NCBI GenBank assembly: GCA_031367385.1
Contig: JANLPS010000388.1
Span: forward strand, 1 to 44,143
DNA: 44,143 nt
Reading direction: 5' to 3'
From: Archangium sp.
GTDB lineage: Bacteria > Myxococcota > Myxococcia > Myxococcales > Myxococcaceae
In this document: positions 24,199 through 34,016 of the stretch, one piece after another
How positions within the stretch are numbered: the stretch's first letter is position 1
How the letters are laid out: the number at the start of each line of letters is the position of its first letter
Program-made: the position numbers and the translations under genes
Notes under the pieces: generated by a model
The model's database searches: none
What the model was told of the DNA's origin: nothing
What the model saw: the letters and a program-made list of their open reading frames with translations, nothing else

Positions 24199-25985
24199 TG
24201 AAACGATACGCCATTGGCATCGACCTGGGCACGACGCACAGCGCGCTGTCGTACGTGTCGCTCGAGGCCGAGTCGGGGCGCGGAGCCCAGCAAGCGGTGC
24301 TGCCGGTGCCGCAGGTGATGTCGCCGGGGTCGGTCGAGCCGAGGCAGCTGTTGCCTTCGTTCTTGTACCTCGCGGCGGCGGCCGAGTTTCCCCCCGGGTC
24401 GCTTGGCTTGCCGTGGAATGCGTCGCTCGGTGAAATCACCGGTGAGTTCGCGCGCATGCACGGGGCGAAGGTGCCGACGCGGTTGGTGGCCTCGGCGAAG
24501 AGCTGGCTGGGTCACCCGACGGTCGACCGGCGCGCGCCGATTCTGCCGTGGCAGGCTCCGGCTGATGTGAGCAAGGTGTCGCCGGTTCAGGCGAGCGCGA
24601 AGTACCTCGAGCATCTGCGAAGCGCATGGGACAGGGAGTTTCCCGACGCTCCGCTTTCGAAGCAGGACGTGGTGTTGACGGTGCCGGCTTCGTTCGACGC
24701 GGCGGCGCGCGATTTGACGCTCGAGGCGGCGGTGCAGGCGGGCCTGCCGAACGTGACGTTGCTCGAAGAGCCCCAGGCGGCGCTGTACGCGTGGCTCGAG
24801 GCGATGGGCGATGGCTGGCGCAAGCAGGTCAAGCCGGGAGACGTGCTGTTGTGTGTCGATGTCGGTGGCGGCACGAGTGACTTCTCGTTGATCGGCGTCT
24901 CGCAGGTCGACGGGGCGCTGCAGCTCGAGCGGCTCGCGGTGGGAGATCACATTCTCCTCGGCGGCGACAACATGGACCTCGCGCTGGCCTATGCGGTGAA
25001 CGAGAAGTTCAAGGCCGCGGGCAAGACCCTCGACGCGTGGCAGATGAACGCGCTGACCTTTGCGTGCCGGGTGGCGAAGGAGCAGCTGTTCGAGTCTCAG
25101 AAGTCGACCAAGGCAGCGGTGACGGTGCCGGGTCGCGGCTCGTCGCTGATCGGCGGCACGTTGAAGAGCGAGGTCACGCGGGAGGAGCTCACCGCGCTGC
25201 TGACTGACGGGTTTTTTCCCAAGACGTCGATTGCCGAGTTGCCGGCGCAGGCTCGGCGCGGTGGGCTGGCGCAGGTGGGGTTGCCGTACGCGCAAGACGC
25301 GGCGGTGACTCGGCATTTGGCGGCGTTCTTGACCCGGCAAGGGGCTTCGCTCGGCGCGGGCGGAGCGTTCGCCAAGCCGACCGCAGTGCTGTTCAATGGA
25401 GGCGTGTTTCGCGCGGCGCCGTTGAAGGCCCGGGTGCTCGAGGTGCTCAATTCATGGCTCGGCGCTGACGGGGGCCCGGTGGCGCGTGAGCTGAGCGGCG
25501 GAGATCTAGACCTGGCCGTGGCTCGCGGGGCGGCGCACTACGGGTGGGTGAAGAACGGGCACGGGCTGCGCATTCGGGGCGGCACCGCGCGGGCGTATTA
25601 TGTGGGCGTCGAGTCGGCCACGCTGGCAGTGCCGGGGTTCACGCCGCCGGTGAAGGCCTTGTGTGTCGCTCCGTTCGGCATGGAGGAGGGCACGCAGGCC
25701 GATGTGCCTCCGCAGGAGTTCGGGCTGGTGGTCGGAGAGCCGACCCAGTTTCGGTTCTTCTCGTCGACGACGCGGCGGGAGGACAAGGTCGGCGACTTCA
25801 TCGAAGACGCCAAGGTGCTCGAAGAGCTGCCCCCGATCGAGACCGCGCTCACGGGCAGTGCTGGCGCGCTGGTGCCGGTGAATTTACAGGCCGCAGTGAC
25901 TGAGCTCGGAGCCCTCGAGGTGCGGGCCGTCGAACGAGCGGGCCCGGGCCGGTGGAAGCTCGAGCTCAACGTGCGCGGCGAGTAG
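24198..25985 (+). CDS. Atypical Hsp70-family protein
   Basis: IGIDLGTTHS, TVPASFD, LLEEPQAA, DVGGGTSD, LLGGDNMD, VLFNGG; no canonical DnaK substrate-binding lid; GTG at 24195 is an alternative start. Confidence 0.9.
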   Translation: MKRYAIGIDLGTTHSALSYVSLEAESGRGAQQAVLPVPQVMSPGSVEPRQLLPSFLYLAAAAEFPPGSLGLPWNASLGEITGEFARMHGAKVPTRLVASAKSWLGHPTVDRRAPILPWQAPADVSKVSPVQASAKYLEHLRSAWDREFPDAPLSKQDVVLTVPASFDAAARDLTLEAAVQAGLPNVTLLEEPQAALYAWLEAMGDGWRKQVKPGDVLLCVDVGGGTSDFSLIGVSQVDGALQLERLAVGDHILLGGDNMDLALAYAVNEKFKAAGKTLDAWQMNALTFACRVAKEQLFESQKSTKAAVTVPGRGSSLIGGTLKSEVTREELTALLTDGFFPKTSIAELPAQARRGGLAQVGLPYAQDAAVTRHLAAFLTRQGASLGAGGAFAKPTAVLFNGGVFRAAPLKARVLEVLNSWLGADGGPVARELSGGDLDLAVARGAAHYGWVKNGHGLRIRGGTARAYYVGVESATLAVPGFTPPVKALCVAPFGMEEGTQADVPPQEFGLVVGEPTQFRFFSSTTRREDKVGDFIEDAKVLEELPPIETALTGSAGALVPVNLQAAVTELGALEVRAVERAGPGRWKLELNVRGE

Positions 25986-26010
25986 CCAGGCCAAGTGGGT
26001 GCCAGGGCCT

Positions 26011-26052
26011 GGTTCGACGGGCTACCCACTCTCATGGTGAGCCTGTCGAACC
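26011..26052. repeat. REP-like inverted repeat / possible bidirectional terminator
   Basis: GGTTCGACGGGCT-ACC...GGTGAGCCTGTCGAACC forms a long hairpin between two convergent genes. Confidence 0.55.
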
Positions 26053-26076
26053 CCAAGTTCCTCGGCAAGAACGGCG

Positions 26077-26661
26077 TTACAGCGAGAAGCCGAGGCCGAT
26101 CTTCGCCCCGTTGTAGCCAAGCTCGGCACGAAGCGACATCACGTCGCTCACCTTGTAGATGATGCCGACGTCCGCGATCAGGTCGCCCGTCAGGTACGCC
26201 GCGTTGTTGCCAAAGTAGTTCTGGCCGAAGTGCACCTGCAGCGCGAAGCCCAGCTTGCCGTACGCGCTGAAGTCGCGGGTCAGGTGAAACTGCCACATCG
26301 CTTCTACAGGCAGCGAAATGAACCCACCAAACCCGTAATACGGCCCCACCGTGCCGAAGAAGTCGGCACCGAACTCGATGCCAAACGAGTCGTTCAGCGC
26401 GGGGATGAACCCGTCATGAACGATCGGAATATAGTACCGGCCGCCAACGCTGAACGGAAACCCGTACCCGAAGTACTGCCAGGGGATACCCACGAAGACG
26501 CTGATCATCTGCCGCCGGTGCTGCGGGCTGCGGTCGTTGATCGCGCCGGGGCCTTTGAATGCCGAATCGGAGCTCTCGGTGGTCGCAACAGGAGCGTCAT
26601 CGGCCAGCACAGGCATCGCCAGCAACACAGTCAGCAAAGAAACGGTTCGAAGCATTCGCAT
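26077..26661 (-). CDS. Small outer-membrane beta-barrel protein
   Basis: Start MRMLRTVSLL with signal peptide (VLA/D); amphipathic strands; C-terminal IGLGFSL. Confidence 0.75.
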   Translation of the reverse strand: MRMLRTVSLLTVLLAMPVLADDAPVATTESSDSAFKGPGAINDRSPQHRRQMISVFVGIPWQYFGYGFPFSVGGRYYIPIVHDGFIPALNDSFGIEFGADFFGTVGPYYGFGGFISLPVEAMWQFHLTRDFSAYGKLGFALQVHFGQNYFGNNAAYLTGDLIADVGIIYKVSDVMSLRAELGYNGAKIGLGFSL

Positions 26662-26920
26662 TGGTTTTCGGCCTTTCAGGTACGGCGCGTACATCATCAG
26701 GTGCGCCGACGCGACCTTCTCATGAGCGCTGCGAAGGCCAACATAAATAGTCCGTTCATCGGCGTCGAATTGCAGCTGCACCCGACCGCTAACACCCGAG
26801 TGTCCTGTACGCCCCCATCTGTGAACACCCACGCGCAGACCGCGGCAATGGCGAACGCCATGCCCCCTGAACGACTTTGGCCCGATGTCTTTTGAAGCGG
26901 CTGTTACGAAGCAGAGTCTC

Positions 26921-27550
26921 ATGAACCCTCGAGCCCTCTTCATTGCAGGCGCCACTGGTGCCGTCGGTCAACGCGTCGTCGCGCAGGCGACCGAGCATCA
27001 CGTCGACATCGTGCCCCACGCGCGCCCAGGCAGCGCTTCGAAGCTGGTGCGCCCCAAGCGGGTCACCGTGGCGTTCGACGAGGCGTCGTTGGTGCCCGTG
27101 CTGGCCCAGTGCAGCACCGTCGTGCAGCTGATCGGCACCATGCGAAAGCGCTTCGCTGCTGGAGACACGTACGAGACCAGCGACATCGGCACCACCCGCG
27201 CACTCCTCGCCGCCGCGAAGGCCGCCAAGACCATCGACCATGTGGTGCTGCTCAGCAGCGTGGGAGCGGGGAACCCACGCGGTGCGTACCTGAAGGCCAA
27301 GGCAGAAGCCGAGCGGTTGGTGGTTGAGAGCGGCATCGCCTATTCGATTTTTCGACCCTCGGCGTTCGAAGACCGCGAGGGCGTGTTCATGCCCGGCTTC
27401 CGCACCGTGACGAAGCTGTTCGGGCTCAAGAAGTACGAGCCCATCACGCTCAACGAGCTGGCCTCGGCGATTCTCCGCGTGGCGGTCGAGCGCGCGCCCC
27501 TCAACGCCGTGCTCGAGGGCCAAACCCTGTGGGACCAGGTGAAGCCTTAG
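26921..27550 (+). CDS. NAD(P)H-binding atypical SDR protein
   Basis: IAGATGAVG, LSSVGA, YLKAK, FRPS. Confidence 0.85.
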   Translation: MNPRALFIAGATGAVGQRVVAQATEHHVDIVPHARPGSASKLVRPKRVTVAFDEASLVPVLAQCSTVVQLIGTMRKRFAAGDTYETSDIGTTRALLAAAKAAKTIDHVVLLSSVGAGNPRGAYLKAKAEAERLVVESGIAYSIFRPSAFEDREGVFMPGFRTVTKLFGLKKYEPITLNELASAILRVAVERAPLNAVLEGQTLWDQVKP

Positions 27551-27577
27551 AAGACCGCCCACCTCCACCAAAACCGC

Positions 27578-28603
27578 TCAGCGCGCTCGCAGCTCGGCCA
27601 AGCGGCCCTTGGTGCCCGTCAGTTGACCCGGCGGCAGCTTCTTCTGCACGTACGACACGGTGTCGTGCAGGGTCTCGTACACATCGCGCGCCACGAAGCC
27701 GAGCTCGCGTTCGGCCTTCGCCGAGTCGACCCAGAACCAGTGCTCGCCAATCTCGACTTCTTGCGGGTCGAGGCCAACGGTGGTGCCGCGCCATTTGGCG
27801 AAGCGCTCGAGTGCGTAGGCGCCCAAGATGTTCACCTGTTTCGGCAACTTCATTCGCGGAGCGGCCACCCCGGTGAGGTTCTCGAGTCGCTTGAAGAAGT
27901 CATTCATCGACAGGTTCACGCCCATCAAGTGCCGGCCATAGAGCTCGCCGCGGGTCAGCGCATTGACCGCCGCATCGGCGACGTCGCGCACATCGACCAG
28001 GCACATGCCTCCACCCGGCATCGCGGGTATGTCGCGCTGCAGAAATTTCACCACCGTCCACGTTGAAGACAGGCGGTCGTCTCCCGGGCCCATCAGCAGG
28101 CTCGGGTTCAGAATCACGAGGGGCATCGCCTCTTTCTTACAGAACTCGAGCGCGAGCTTCTCTTCGTAGATCTTCGACAGGTAGTACGGCCAGCGACCGA
28201 CCGTTTCGATTGGGTAGTCATCGGCCTCGGTGCCGACCCGCTCTTCTTTGCTGACCGCGATGGTGCCCGAGGTCGAGGCCAGAATGATTCGTGGCTTGGT
28301 TTTCAGCTCGCGCACATCGCGCAGCAGCTCACGCGTCGCCTCGACGTGCAGCTCGTACATGCGGCGCCCGTCGGCGTCTTTGAAGCTGACGAGGCCCGCC
28401 AGGTGGTACAGCGCGTCGATACCGACCACGGCTTTGCGCACGGCTTCGCGATCAGTCAGGTCTGCCTGAATGAACTCGACCTTGGCCCAGCTCGCGGGTG
28501 GCTTGGAGCGGCCTATCACCCGAACCTGATGCCCCGCTTCGACCAGCTTGGGCACCAGATGCGCGCCCAAGAACCCGGTACCGCCAGTGACGAGAATCTT
28601 CAT
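27578..28603 (-). CDS. elbE: NAD-dependent epimerase/dehydratase, ElbE-like
   Basis: TGGTGFLG, HLAG, YYLSK; ATGA-coupled to elbD, matching the M. xanthus elb gene order. Confidence 0.75.
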   Translation of the reverse strand: MKILVTGGTGFLGAHLVPKLVEAGHQVRVIGRSKPPASWAKVEFIQADLTDREAVRKAVVGIDALYHLAGLVSFKDADGRRMYELHVEATRELLRDVRELKTKPRIILASTSGTIAVSKEERVGTEADDYPIETVGRWPYYLSKIYEEKLALEFCKKEAMPLVILNPSLLMGPGDDRLSSTWTVVKFLQRDIPAMPGGGMCLVDVRDVADAAVNALTRGELYGRHLMGVNLSMNDFFKRLENLTGVAAPRMKLPKQVNILGAYALERFAKWRGTTVGLDPQEVEIGEHWFWVDSAKAERELGFVARDVYETLHDTVSYVQKKLPPGQLTGTKGRLAELRAR

Positions 28604-31600
28604 CGCTTGGTCTCCTCACGTTTGGCCCGCGGCGCCAACGTCGACACCGGCATCGACTCGGGCTTGAACACCCTGCCACCCTCGAGGTCACGCACCGCTT
28701 GCTCGGCGAGCTTGGTGACCACCCGGTACGATTCGCTGCGAGACATGCCGGTCGTCGCCGCGCGCAGGGCTGCGATCTCGAGCACGGGCCCGATGCGCAC
28801 CTCGAGGTCGTCGATCTTCGGCCACCAGGCACCCTTGGGCAGCGCGTTGAACGTGCCCTTCAGATACACCGGCAACACGTCGACGCCGGCGGTGAGCGCG
28901 AGGTACCCCGTGGTGGGCTTGAATTCTTGCAGCTGCCCATCGGGTGACCGCGTGCCCTCGGGGAAGATGAGCAGGTTGTACCCCTGCGTCAGCGACTCGC
29001 CGGCCAGGCGCAGCGACTCGCGCAACGAGCCCGTGCGATCCATCGGTATCAGGTTGGTGAAGTTCTCGAAGTACGCCCGCTTCCACGGGGTGTCGAAGAA
29101 GTAGTCGCGCGCGGCCAGAGCGACCAGGCGCTCGCCCTGCTCTGCCATCGCGATCTTCACCAGACCCATGTCGAGGTGGCTGGCGTGATTGGCGACCACC
29201 AGAAAATTTCGGTTCTGGGGGATGAAGACTCGGCCGGTGACCGCGACGTCGAAGAGCCCTCCGTAGAGCGCGCGCTGGCCGGCGTTGAGCATGCTGCGCC
29301 CGGCCTTCGCCATGAAGTCGGGCAGCGGCACTTCGAGCTGACTCAGGTCGACGCCAGTGCTCTCGACGTTGAGCTCTTTGACTTTGAGCTCGACCTTGGG
29401 TTTTCGCCCGAACGCCGAGACCACTTTGCGCAGGTCGTCGACGGTTTGAATCTTGGTGAGGTCTGAGACTGCGCTTGCGGGTACTCCCGCGGTCTCGAGC
29501 GCGCTGCCCAATTCGGTCAGCATCAGCGAGTCGAGGCCCAGGTCACCGGCGAGCTTCGAGTCGGCGCGAATGTCGCCCAGCGGTTTCTGCACCACGTCAG
29601 CGATGATCTGCGAGAGCCAATCGGTCGAATCGGTGCCGAAGCTGGTCTTCGCTTTTTCGGCTGAAGTCGCGATCTTCTCGAGGCGCTTGAGCTCTTCGAC
29701 CACCAGCGGGCGCTTCACTTTTCGGGTCGAGGTGCGGGGCAGCTCACCGTCCCACAGCCGGAGCACTTTGACCCGGCGATAGAAGGGCAGATCAGCCGAG
29801 ACGACGCGAAAGTGCTCTTCGAGCTCTTTGCGAACTTCTTCACGCGGCCGCTCGCCGTAGTCGGGCACACAAAGGCATGCGACCTTCTCACCACCGGCGT
29901 CATCGGGCAGACCGACCACGCTGAGCTCTTTGACCAGCGTGCTGACGCTGTAGAGGTCTTCGAGCTCGTCGGGGTACACGTTCTTGCCGTTGGCGTCGAT
30001 GATGACGTCTTTCTGGCGGCCCACCAGGTAGAGGTTGCCGTCGGCGTCGATGCGGCCCAGGTCTCCGGTGTAGAGCCAGCTGTCTTTGAGCACCGCACTC
30101 GTCGAGTCGCGATCTTGAAAATACCCCGCCATCACGTTCGGGCCCTTGGCGATGACCTCGCCGATGCCTTCTGCGTCTGGCTGGTGAATCTTGAGCTCGA
30201 CGCCGGGTAGCGCCTTGCCGACCGTGCCGGGCATTCGCTTGTTGCCCGCTTTGGTGACCGCGAGCACGGGCGCCGCTTCGGTGAGCCCGTAGCCTTCGTT
30301 CAAGGTGAACCCGAGCGCGTGAAACGCCTTGTGCACCTCGTCGGGCAACGCCGAGCCACCCGAGATCAAGAAGCGAATGTTGCCGCCGAATTTACGGTGT
30401 ACCGGCCAGAACAGCAGCTTGCCGAGGTTGATACCGCGGCGATTTCGCAGCTCAGCGTTCGCGCCCATCAACGCCTTGATCGCCTCTTCGACGAACTTGG
30501 GCCGCGAGGCGAATTCTTGCGTGATCTTGCGGTGAAAGAGCTGCCAGAGCGCGGGCACACCGACCATGCCGGTGATGCGGCCGCTCTCCATCACTTCGCC
30601 GATGCGGTCGGCGGTGAGCTCGTCGATGTACCCGATTTCAGCACCTCGGCTGAACGGAGTCAGAAACCCGGCGCTGAACTCGAACGTGTGGTGCAGCGGC
30701 AAGACGCTCAAGACCCCGTCGCCCAGGCCGATGTCGAAGGTGCCCGCCAGCTTGGCGATGAGCGAGGTGAAGTTTCGGTGCGTGAGCATCACGCCCTTCG
30801 GGTTGCCCGTCGTACCCGAGGTGAAGATCAACGAAGCCACGTCGTCGGGCGAGGCTGATTTTTTCACCGGGCCGATGCCGTTGGGCTGCGACTCGTCGCC
30901 TGACATCGCGTCGGCGAGCAGGTGCACCTGCGTGGTGAGCTTCGCGTCGGCCAGCGCCTTCGTCAGCTTGGGCAGCTGCGCCAGAATTTCTTCTGACACC
31001 AGCAGCACCGCGGCCTCTGAGCGACGCGCGATGTTGATGATCTCGTTTTGGGTCAGCTCTTTGTCGACCGGCACCGCGGTAGCACCGGCGCGCAACACGC
31101 CGAAGAAGGCGATCGGCCACTCGGGCCGATTTTCAGAGAGCAACATCACCCGGCTGCCGGCCTTCACGCCCTTGGCGAGCAAGAACGAACCGATGCGCGC
31201 CGCGTAGTGGTGGGCCTGGCCGTACGTGAAGCGCTGATCAGGTATGTCGGCTTCGGCGTCGTACATGCGAAACGCGACGCGAAAGCGCCAGGCGTGCACC
31301 GAGGCGTCGAGCATCTCGAGCAGGTCTCGGTACGCGGGTATGACCTTGCGGCGCTCGGTCTCGATGTCGAGCCCGGGGAACACCCACTTCTCGAGCCCGG
31401 GGATGTGAACGTTCAGAATGTAGTCGCGCCACTCGAGCTGCTCGGGGTCCCAGGGGATCTTCGCGAGGTCGTGCGGGGGCATGCCTTCGTAGAGCGAGCG
31501 GGTGTTGTCGCAGCGAAAGACGTACCGGTTCTCCCAGAGAAACGGCAGAAACAGCGAGACGATCGAGTTGATGCCCGCCGATTGATCAATGACCTCCGAG

Positions 31601-33006
31601 AGCTGTTCTTTGGCCTTCTCGAGCAGCGCCGCGACCTTCGGTGCACCCCAGGTCGGCTTGTTCTCGTCGATGACCTTGGTGAGAAACTTCGCGGTTCTCG
31701 AGAAGAACGGAGAGCTGCGAAGGTTGAACTCCGACTTGGAGATCGGCTGCGGCTCGAGGTGGCTGCGCACGTTGTTGAGCGTGGCGTTGCCCGACTCCTT
31801 GTTTCGGTAGAACCGGCGCTTGTACAAACCGGTGAGCTCGATCGAGCGCTTGGCGAAGAACGGGTTCGTGTCACCCGAGGCCTGTTGGTACACCCGGCGC
31901 TCATTGCTGCGCAGTGACTGAGCGATGATCGCGATCAGCGACCCGGCCACCATGTCGACGGGTATCATGTCGAGCACTGCGTTGTTGCCCGCGGGCAGCG
32001 CGCCCTGGCCTTTGATCAACCCGTAGATCAGCGGCGCCGAGGTGGTGAACCCCTCGTTCCACCCGGGAAAAGGGTAGCGCAGCGCGCTCTCGACGATGCT
32101 GGGGCGAACCAACGCGTAGCGCAGCCCAGGCGTGCTGGCGATGACCTGCTCGCCCAGCGACTTCGTATAGGTATAGGTGTTGGGCCAGCCCCAGTAGTGG
32201 GCGCGCTCCATGCCTGCTTCGACCAGCTTGCCCGAGAGCCACAGCTTTCGTTCGCGGCCCATCGCCAGGCGCAATGCTTTTTCATCGGTGAAATCGCGAC
32301 CCTCTTCTTGCAGCCGCTCGAGCGCTGCTTGTCGAAACTCGCTGGCGAGCACCTTGTCATCGGCCATCTCTCGCAGCCGCGCGATGCTCTTCTCGGCGTC
32401 TTTGAGCTCTTGCTCGAGCGAGAAGTCTTTGCCGTCGATGTCGTCTTTGCGGGGAAAATAGCCGACGACCGGCTCGTCTTCGAACACCAGGCCCGAGCGG
32501 TTGCCCGCGACGAACGAGGTCGACATGTGCACGAGCGGTACGTCCCAGTGCAGGCAGGCGTCGACCAGGTATTTGACGCCGTGGGTGTTGACGCTCAAGC
32601 CCACCTCGAGCGACGGGTTGAACGAGACCAGGCCGGCGCAGTTGACCACCACGTCGATCTGCCCCTTGAGCGCACGGGCGTAGGTCTCGTCGAGGCCAAC
32701 CCACGGGTCGGTGATGTCTCCGTCGAGTATCGCGACCTTCGATTTGAGCCAGGTCAGCGAGGCGGCTTCTGAGCCGAATTTTTCGCGCAGCGGCTCGAAG
32801 GGCTCGCTGGTGGCGACCTTGTCGTAGAAGCGCGTGTTCGCGTCTTTGCTCGAGCCCTTGCGAACCAGCACGTACACCTTCGCGAGAACGTCTCCGTAGC
32901 GATGCAGCAACATCGACAACGCGACCTTGCCGACGAAACCGGTCACTCCGACGAAGAGAACGCGTTTGCCGGTGAGGGTTTGGGTGACATCGAGGGGCTC
33001 GGCCAT
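28600..33006 (-). CDS. elbD: Multifunctional ether-lipid enzyme ElbD (acyl reductase, adenylation, ACP, acyltransferase)
   Basis: FAR domain (GVTGFVG, WPNTYTYTK), A domain (FTSGTTGNPKG, GYGLTE), ACP (LGLDSL), PlsC (NHASHLD, FPEGTR); likely start MAEPLDV at 33006. Confidence 0.9.
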   Translation of the reverse strand: MAEPLDVTQTLTGKRVLFVGVTGFVGKVALSMLLHRYGDVLAKVYVLVRKGSSKDANTRFYDKVATSEPFEPLREKFGSEAASLTWLKSKVAILDGDITDPWVGLDETYARALKGQIDVVVNCAGLVSFNPSLEVGLSVNTHGVKYLVDACLHWDVPLVHMSTSFVAGNRSGLVFEDEPVVGYFPRKDDIDGKDFSLEQELKDAEKSIARLREMADDKVLASEFRQAALERLQEEGRDFTDEKALRLAMGRERKLWLSGKLVEAGMERAHYWGWPNTYTYTKSLGEQVIASTPGLRYALVRPSIVESALRYPFPGWNEGFTTSAPLIYGLIKGQGALPAGNNAVLDMIPVDMVAGSLIAIIAQSLRSNERRVYQQASGDTNPFFAKRSIELTGLYKRRFYRNKESGNATLNNVRSHLEPQPISKSEFNLRSSPFFSRTAKFLTKVIDENKPTWGAPKVAALLEKAKEQLSEVIDQSAGINSIVSLFLPFLWENRYVFRCDNTRSLYEGMPPHDLAKIPWDPEQLEWRDYILNVHIPGLEKWVFPGLDIETERRKVIPAYRDLLEMLDASVHAWRFRVAFRMYDAEADIPDQRFTYGQAHHYAARIGSFLLAKGVKAGSRVMLLSENRPEWPIAFFGVLRAGATAVPVDKELTQNEIINIARRSEAAVLLVSEEILAQLPKLTKALADAKLTTQVHLLADAMSGDESQPNGIGPVKKSASPDDVASLIFTSGTTGNPKGVMLTHRNFTSLIAKLAGTFDIGLGDGVLSVLPLHHTFEFSAGFLTPFSRGAEIGYIDELTADRIGEVMESGRITGMVGVPALWQLFHRKITQEFASRPKFVEEAIKALMGANAELRNRRGINLGKLLFWPVHRKFGGNIRFLISGGSALPDEVHKAFHALGFTLNEGYGLTEAAPVLAVTKAGNKRMPGTVGKALPGVELKIHQPDAEGIGEVIAKGPNVMAGYFQDRDSTSAVLKDSWLYTGDLGRIDADGNLYLVGRQKDVIIDANGKNVYPDELEDLYSVSTLVKELSVVGLPDDAGGEKVACLCVPDYGERPREEVRKELEEHFRVVSADLPFYRRVKVLRLWDGELPRTSTRKVKRPLVVEELKRLEKIATSAEKAKTSFGTDSTDWLSQIIADVVQKPLGDIRADSKLAGDLGLDSLMLTELGSALETAGVPASAVSDLTKIQTVDDLRKVVSAFGRKPKVELKVKELNVESTGVDLSQLEVPLPDFMAKAGRSMLNAGQRALYGGLFDVAVTGRVFIPQNRNFLVVANHASHLDMGLVKIAMAEQGERLVALAARDYFFDTPWKRAYFENFTNLIPMDRTGSLRESLRLAGESLTQGYNLLIFPEGTRSPDGQLQEFKPTTGYLALTAGVDVLPVYLKGTFNALPKGAWWPKIDDLEVRIGPVLEIAALRAATTGMSRSESYRVVTKLAEQAVRDLEGGRVFKPESMPVSTLAPRAKREETKR

Positions 33007-33081
33007 GCGCTGGCGTGTAGCACAGGCCCCGCGAATCGAATCGGCGTTCGCCAGCGGCGAAAGCCCAACCGTTCTCATGCC

Positions 33082-33864
33082 TTAGCGGGCCGCTTCTCGA
33101 AACGCGGTGAGCTTTTGCAGCACGATTCGCGCGTTTGCCGTGCCCATGCGGAGCAGATGCTTCTGGGTCGCGTCGAGCCGTTCGAGGCCCGGGTCGGCGA
33201 ACCGGTACCCGACCCCCTTCTCAACCGGCACCACTTCGATGGGCTCGTCGTTCAACGGCACCGCTTTCAACCGCTCGAGGGCCTTGTCGACGGCCGTGGT
33301 GAAGGCCGTGTTGGCAGGGGCTATCTCTTTGAACGCGGCGTCGGCAAAGCGCTGGGCACGCCGGTACACCACGCCGGCCTGGGCCGCGTCGACCGCGCCA
33401 ATCGCCTTCACGACCGAGTCGTAGCGGGCTTCGCTCTCGGGTGATTGAAAGAGGTGCCCATCACGCGCAATGACCGAATATTCGGCGTGCGGAGCCAAAA
33501 AGCGCAGCGGTTCGCGTGGGCTCTCACCCGCGCTGACCTGCCACACCGAGGCCACCAATCGACGGAGCATGCCCGGCTCGGCCAACCACCCCGTCGCCTC
33601 GGGCGCGCCGGTGAGCCCCTTGGCCGCCTCGGCCATCACCGCGTCGCCGTCGTCGACATTGACCGCGGGGCCGGTGGGCTCGGGGGCCGGGGGCGCAGCC
33701 TCGACCACCGTTGGCACCGGGGTCGCTCCTTGGGTGCGCTTGTAAACCAGGTACCCGACCCAGCTGAGCCCGGCCAGGCCTGCGATGACCAGCACCGCCC
33801 AGAAGACCTTGTGGCTGTTGCGCAGTGACGAGGCGGGCACGTCAGCGGGGTCGGTCTGGTCCAT
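33082..33864 (-). CDS. DUF3014-like membrane-anchored protein
   Basis: N-terminal TM; LRRLVASV..GESPR, SEARYD, YRFADPGLERL..QKHLLRMG. Confidence 0.8.
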   Translation of the reverse strand: MDQTDPADVPASSLRNSHKVFWAVLVIAGLAGLSWVGYLVYKRTQGATPVPTVVEAAPPAPEPTGPAVNVDDGDAVMAEAAKGLTGAPEATGWLAEPGMLRRLVASVWQVSAGESPREPLRFLAPHAEYSVIARDGHLFQSPESEARYDSVVKAIGAVDAAQAGVVYRRAQRFADAAFKEIAPANTAFTTAVDKALERLKAVPLNDEPIEVVPVEKGVGYRFADPGLERLDATQKHLLRMGTANARIVLQKLTAFREAAR

Positions 33865-33941
33865 AGGTCATGGCCTTTCATGAATCGTGCTTGGGGCCAA
33901 CCGACCAGCGGCGCAATTGTTTCGACGTGTTGCCAGTCGTG

Positions 33942-33995
33942 TCACGTCATAATCATGTATATAATCGTGATTATTATATGTATGCATGTTTAATC
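33942..33995. other. AT-rich intergenic segment with nested inverted repeats
   Basis: ATAATC-GT-GATTAT (33961-33974), ATATAAT-N7-ATTATAT (33959-33979), TCACG...CGTGA, in a high-GC background. Confidence 0.5.
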
Positions 33996-34016
33996 GCACC
34001 CACGCTCAGGCGTGGC

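Noticed and set aside
23940..25340. Long antisense or overlapping ORFs (466 aa here; also 631-1584, 5998-6918, 15619-16749)
   Set aside because: Shadow ORFs expected opposite real genes in high-GC DNA; no recognisable motifs.
26662..26955. 98-aa N-terminal extension of the OMP ORF, or an ncRNA in this gap
   Set aside because: The signal peptide starts at 26661, the extension overlaps the divergent gene, and no recognisable RNA structure was seen.
33973..34000. Firm dif site call
   Set aside because: Only the XerC-like arm matches; the normally best-conserved XerD arm matches 6/11.
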